From NCBI GenBank assembly GCA_947449315.1, contig CANFRC010000010.1, forward strand, positions 67,154 to 131,153: 64,000 nt of DNA, given 5' to 3'. A program made the position numbers and the translations under genes. The notes under the pieces are model-generated. The model saw only the letters and a program-made list of their open reading frames with translations. It was not told where the DNA came from and made no database searches. This DNA is from Bacteroidota bacterium (GTDB lineage Bacteria; Bacteroidota; Bacteroidia; 2-12-FULL-35-15). How positions within the stretch are numbered: the stretch's first letter is position 1; every line of letters starts with the position of its first letter. Shown piece after piece: positions 61,292 to 64,000 of the stretch.

Positions 61292-63079
61292 TTAATTCCC
61301 AATTACAAAATAACGAAATGTTGTTTCCTTGTTTAGTTGATCACCATTGGCTTTGATGATGAATGGCCATTGCGGTCCGATAGAAACATATTTACCATTG
61401 TATGCTTTGATTGCAATCCTGTTATCCTCCGCATTCAAATAAGTGATGGTAAATTTTTCGGTGGTGTGCGCTAATAATTCGGTGGCGGTAATTGCATTTT
61501 CATAGTTGCTTTTTACAGACCATAACAAACCGTTGCTGGAGCGGATACAAATGGTATCACCCTTTAAATGCTGAATAGCGAACTTACTCTCTGCCAACAC
61601 CCCTTTTGCGATAGCACCCATTGCATTTTGAGCCTGAGGATTCACAACCAGGTATAACAAATTACTTCCTCTTAATGAGATGGTGTTGTTCTCGTTCAAA
61701 TTTTCAAAATATGCTTTTGAATAATTCCGCTGAGGAAGGCCTTTCATTCTTCTATCCCAATCGTAAGGCTTTAACAGGTCTACCCATTCTGGAGAGGCCT
61801 TCGTCTGAAAGAAACCAAAGAAGTAGGCTTCTTTGCTCATGTCATCGAAATGGATCAAGCCATTTTTGTATTGCCAAGTCTGAAACAAATTCAACGTGAT
61901 AAAAAAAGTAAGTAGTACATACATTCCAATCTGCATCATCCTCTTTTTATCGGCTATATATGAAAAGCTGAATGCAAGAGGTAAACTTAAAAGAGCATAA
62001 TAATCGATCATAGGACGCATGCCCCAGCAAATACCATAGCTCCATGCCCACCAAGAGGACAATAAGAAAACTGTTATTGTCATAAAAATAGCGGTGGAAT
62101 AAAAAAGAGCACGATTTGTTCGGAACATCAATACCAAGCCGATCACAGCAAAAATTAATACTGGGGTGTACACAAAAACACCTTTACGAAAACTGAATAA
62201 GAAGGGAAGCATTTGCGGGCTGCTGAATACAAAATGTTCGTCGACATAAACATCGTACAACCATTTTCCAGTGGCGTATTTCCAATAAAATAGCTGCATC
62301 GAAGCAATAACAAAAGCGATGAATACCCCAATAAAAATAGACTTCCATTTGGGTTGTATGAAATGAAGAAAAGCTTTCCTTCCGCCCGAAGAAATTATTC
62401 CGTAGATGAGAAAGAAAAGAATGGAGACGATGCTCAGTGGACGGATCAATACAATAAGACCAAAAGCAACTGAAAAAAAGAGAATAAGTTGGGGAGTTCC
62501 TTTTTTCAGCCAATTGAAAAAAGTATACAGGCAGATGCACCACAAAGAAAAGGAGATCGCGTGTGGCATCAATCCTTCGAAAGAGGAATACCATAACAGA
62601 TTGGTTCCAAGCGTAAGGGTGCTCAAGGTAACAGCAACGATCTTTTCAGGAAAGTAATCGAGCAAAAGTTTTCTTAAAAAGTACACCCCTACGAACAGAT
62701 AAATCAACACACCTATACTTGCCGCATTCTGGTAAGGCATGGAATAGCCATCCTGTGAAGAACCGATCCATCCGGCGATGCAATGACCGATGATAAAAAA
62801 AGGGGAAAGCATAACGCTTATTCCCATTGGGTGTTTGATTAATTTTTTTCCCTTCTCGATTGTATAGTACCAAACTTTGTTTTTATAAAATTCGGGGTTC
62901 GCATCGATGTAACTCAAACTCAGATCATGCTGAATAATGGCTGCAGGAAGGTAGGTGTAATAGCTAGGTGCGTCGATGGTGATTCTGTTTCGTTTCCACA
63001 GATCAAAATAAAAGAAGATGCTGAGCAGAAAAGCAAAGATGAATGCAATTGCCCAAATGCTAAAGTGTTTGTTCTTCAT
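61292..63079 (-). CDS. GT-C-like polytopic membrane protein with C-terminal fascin-like beta-trefoil
   Basis: D..SYY.YLP luminal loop, K(H/Y)PMG, LIRP, WW.W.YG...G.R, about 11 TM helices; tail repeats ISLRGSNLLYL, ICIRSSNGLLWS, IAIKAYNGKYVS, ETTF. Confidence 0.7.
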   Translation of the reverse strand: MKNKHFSIWAIAFIFAFLLSIFFYFDLWKRNRITIDAPSYYTYLPAAIIQHDLSLSYIDANPEFYKNKVWYYTIEKGKKLIKHPMGISVMLSPFFIIGHCIAGWIGSSQDGYSMPYQNAASIGVLIYLFVGVYFLRKLLLDYFPEKIVAVTLSTLTLGTNLLWYSSFEGLMPHAISFSLWCICLYTFFNWLKKGTPQLILFFSVAFGLIVLIRPLSIVSILFFLIYGIISSGGRKAFLHFIQPKWKSIFIGVFIAFVIASMQLFYWKYATGKWLYDVYVDEHFVFSSPQMLPFLFSFRKGVFVYTPVLIFAVIGLVLMFRTNRALFYSTAIFMTITVFLLSSWWAWSYGICWGMRPMIDYYALLSLPLAFSFSYIADKKRMMQIGMYVLLTFFITLNLFQTWQYKNGLIHFDDMSKEAYFFGFFQTKASPEWVDLLKPYDWDRRMKGLPQRNYSKAYFENLNENNTISLRGSNLLYLVVNPQAQNAMGAIAKGVLAESKFAIQHLKGDTICIRSSNGLLWSVKSNYENAITATELLAHTTEKFTITYLNAEDNRIAIKAYNGKYVSIGPQWPFIIKANGDQLNKETTFRYFVIGN

Positions 63080-63124
63080 TTTTTTGCTAAAGACGCAAAG
63101 GTTATTTATTATTTTATCTTGATA

Positions 63125-64000
63125 CTAAAACGCTCCGTTCCGTTTCCGCATGAACCATTCGAAACTCAACAAGGCCAGGATCAAAAAGAAAATCCATTTC
63201 AAGTTAATCACATCTGTTAATTTTTTCTCAGAAAACGCTACCGATTTAATATCATCACGGGCATTTAATTTTTCAGCTAGTTGCTCCAGGTCGTTCGGAT
63301 ACACCATTTCACCATCATGTTTTTTCGAGAGGCTATACAACAACTGATGATCTGCAACGGTGTTCGTTAATTCAAGCTGCAAGGCACGCACACTAAATTC
63401 GCCATGCTGTTTGTAGAGCTTATCCCCTACTTTCACTTGCGCATCATAGGTGTATTCACCAACAGGCATCCTACCGGCATTCAGTATATATGCATTCGAC
63501 GTTTTGCTAAACGAATAATTGAATTTTTTATTCGAGCTGTTTGTAAATACGATATTCACTTCCGGCTCGTTGATCAACTCATAACTTTGGTTGTATACTT
63601 CTGCTTGCAGCTCCACCCGTTCGTTCTCGAGATAACTGTTTTTACCGATGACTCTGAAGAAGCTCTTATCTACTTTGACTGATAAATATTGAACCGTTTT
63701 AGAAACGAACTCATCAAACAACGTGTGATTGCCGTTTGCAGCAAAATCCTGCAGTCGCCATCGCCATAACCCTTCCCCGTTGAATACAGCCACTTTGGTA
63801 TCACCCGCTGCCGTAAAATACATCAGCGGTGATTTGGTCGCTACCATTCCAATCTGTTGATAAAACAAAACGTTGCTATTGTTATCTGTTGGTGAATTTC
63901 CGAAGGGACAGATCACTGCAGGAAAATCTTTTGTTGCTTTTTGTAATGCATCACTGATGGTAAACAAAGGGAAATTCGCATTCAAATCAGGTTGCACTTC
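63125..64000 (-). CDS. C-terminal part of a conserved Bacteroidota membrane protein (VWA/BatA-associated type), truncated by the window edge
   Basis: GEGLWRWR, Ig-like region, C-terminal TM followed by EWFMRKRNG; frame is open to the window end. Confidence 0.7.
   Translation of the reverse strand, partial: EVQPDLNANFPLFTISDALQKATKDFPAVICPFGNSPTDNNSNVLFYQQIGMVATKSPLMYFTAAGDTKVAVFNGEGLWRWRLQDFAANGNHTLFDEFVSKTVQYLSVKVDKSFFRVIGKNSYLENERVELQAEVYNQSYELINEPEVNIVFTNSSNKKFNYSFSKTSNAYILNAGRMPVGEYTYDAQVKVGDKLYKQHGEFSVRALQLELTNTVADHQLLYSLSKKHDGEMVYPNDLEQLAEKLNARDDIKSVAFSEKKLTDVINLKWIFFLILALLSFEWFMRKRNGAF

Noticed and set aside
2887..63682. The many 60-136 aa ORFs nested in or antisense to long genes (e.g. 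20126-20485, 24581-24925, 35369-35725, 54522-54833, 62184-62594)
   Set aside because: They lie within or opposite well-supported genes and have no recognisable motifs, as expected for shadow ORFs.
1..64000. CRISPR arrays, tRNA/rRNA, riboswitches, IS elements, integrases, prophage or defence systems
   Set aside because: By eye I found no regularly spaced repeats, cloverleaf or rRNA signatures, or transposase, integrase or phage motifs. A covariance-model scan could still find small RNAs.

Overview
This is an AT-rich chromosomal segment of a Bacteroidota bacterium, based on T9SS C-terminal domains, TAnnTTTG -7 promoter motifs and typical syntenies such as ddl-PASTA-rluD, rel-fur-purA-OstA and mlaD-amidase-lptD-ridA. 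Most of it is housekeeping and envelope genes: lpxD, rluD, rdgB, rel, fur, purA, lptD, lpdA, recR, rplS, prfC and ilvE. It also has a very AT-rich surface-glycan island (~9.8-19.4 kb: sulfotransferase, 5 glycosyltransferases, galE, methyltransferase, Wzy-like protein), a thioredoxin/SCO cluster (52.5-56.6 kb) and a GT2 + GT-C glycosylation pair (59.9-63.1 kb). I saw no rRNA, tRNA, CRISPR, transposase or phage genes. The most notable observations: (1) a 900-aa tandem double D-Ala-D-Ala ligase whose halves have different active-site signatures (Tyr vs Phe in the omega loop, DPN vs EVN); (2) a GT-C-like protein with a C-terminal fascin-like beta-trefoil, next to a methyltransferase-GT2 fusion; (3) two gene relics missed by the ORF track, a wzm deletion scar and a HAD/LNS2-like remnant; (4) a GT2 fused to a WcaJ-like module that lacks its catalytic core; (5) an isolated lpxD facing a desaturase. 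The ORF track gives the wrong strand for rplS, which is on +. All family assignments come from motif recognition by eye; no searches were run.
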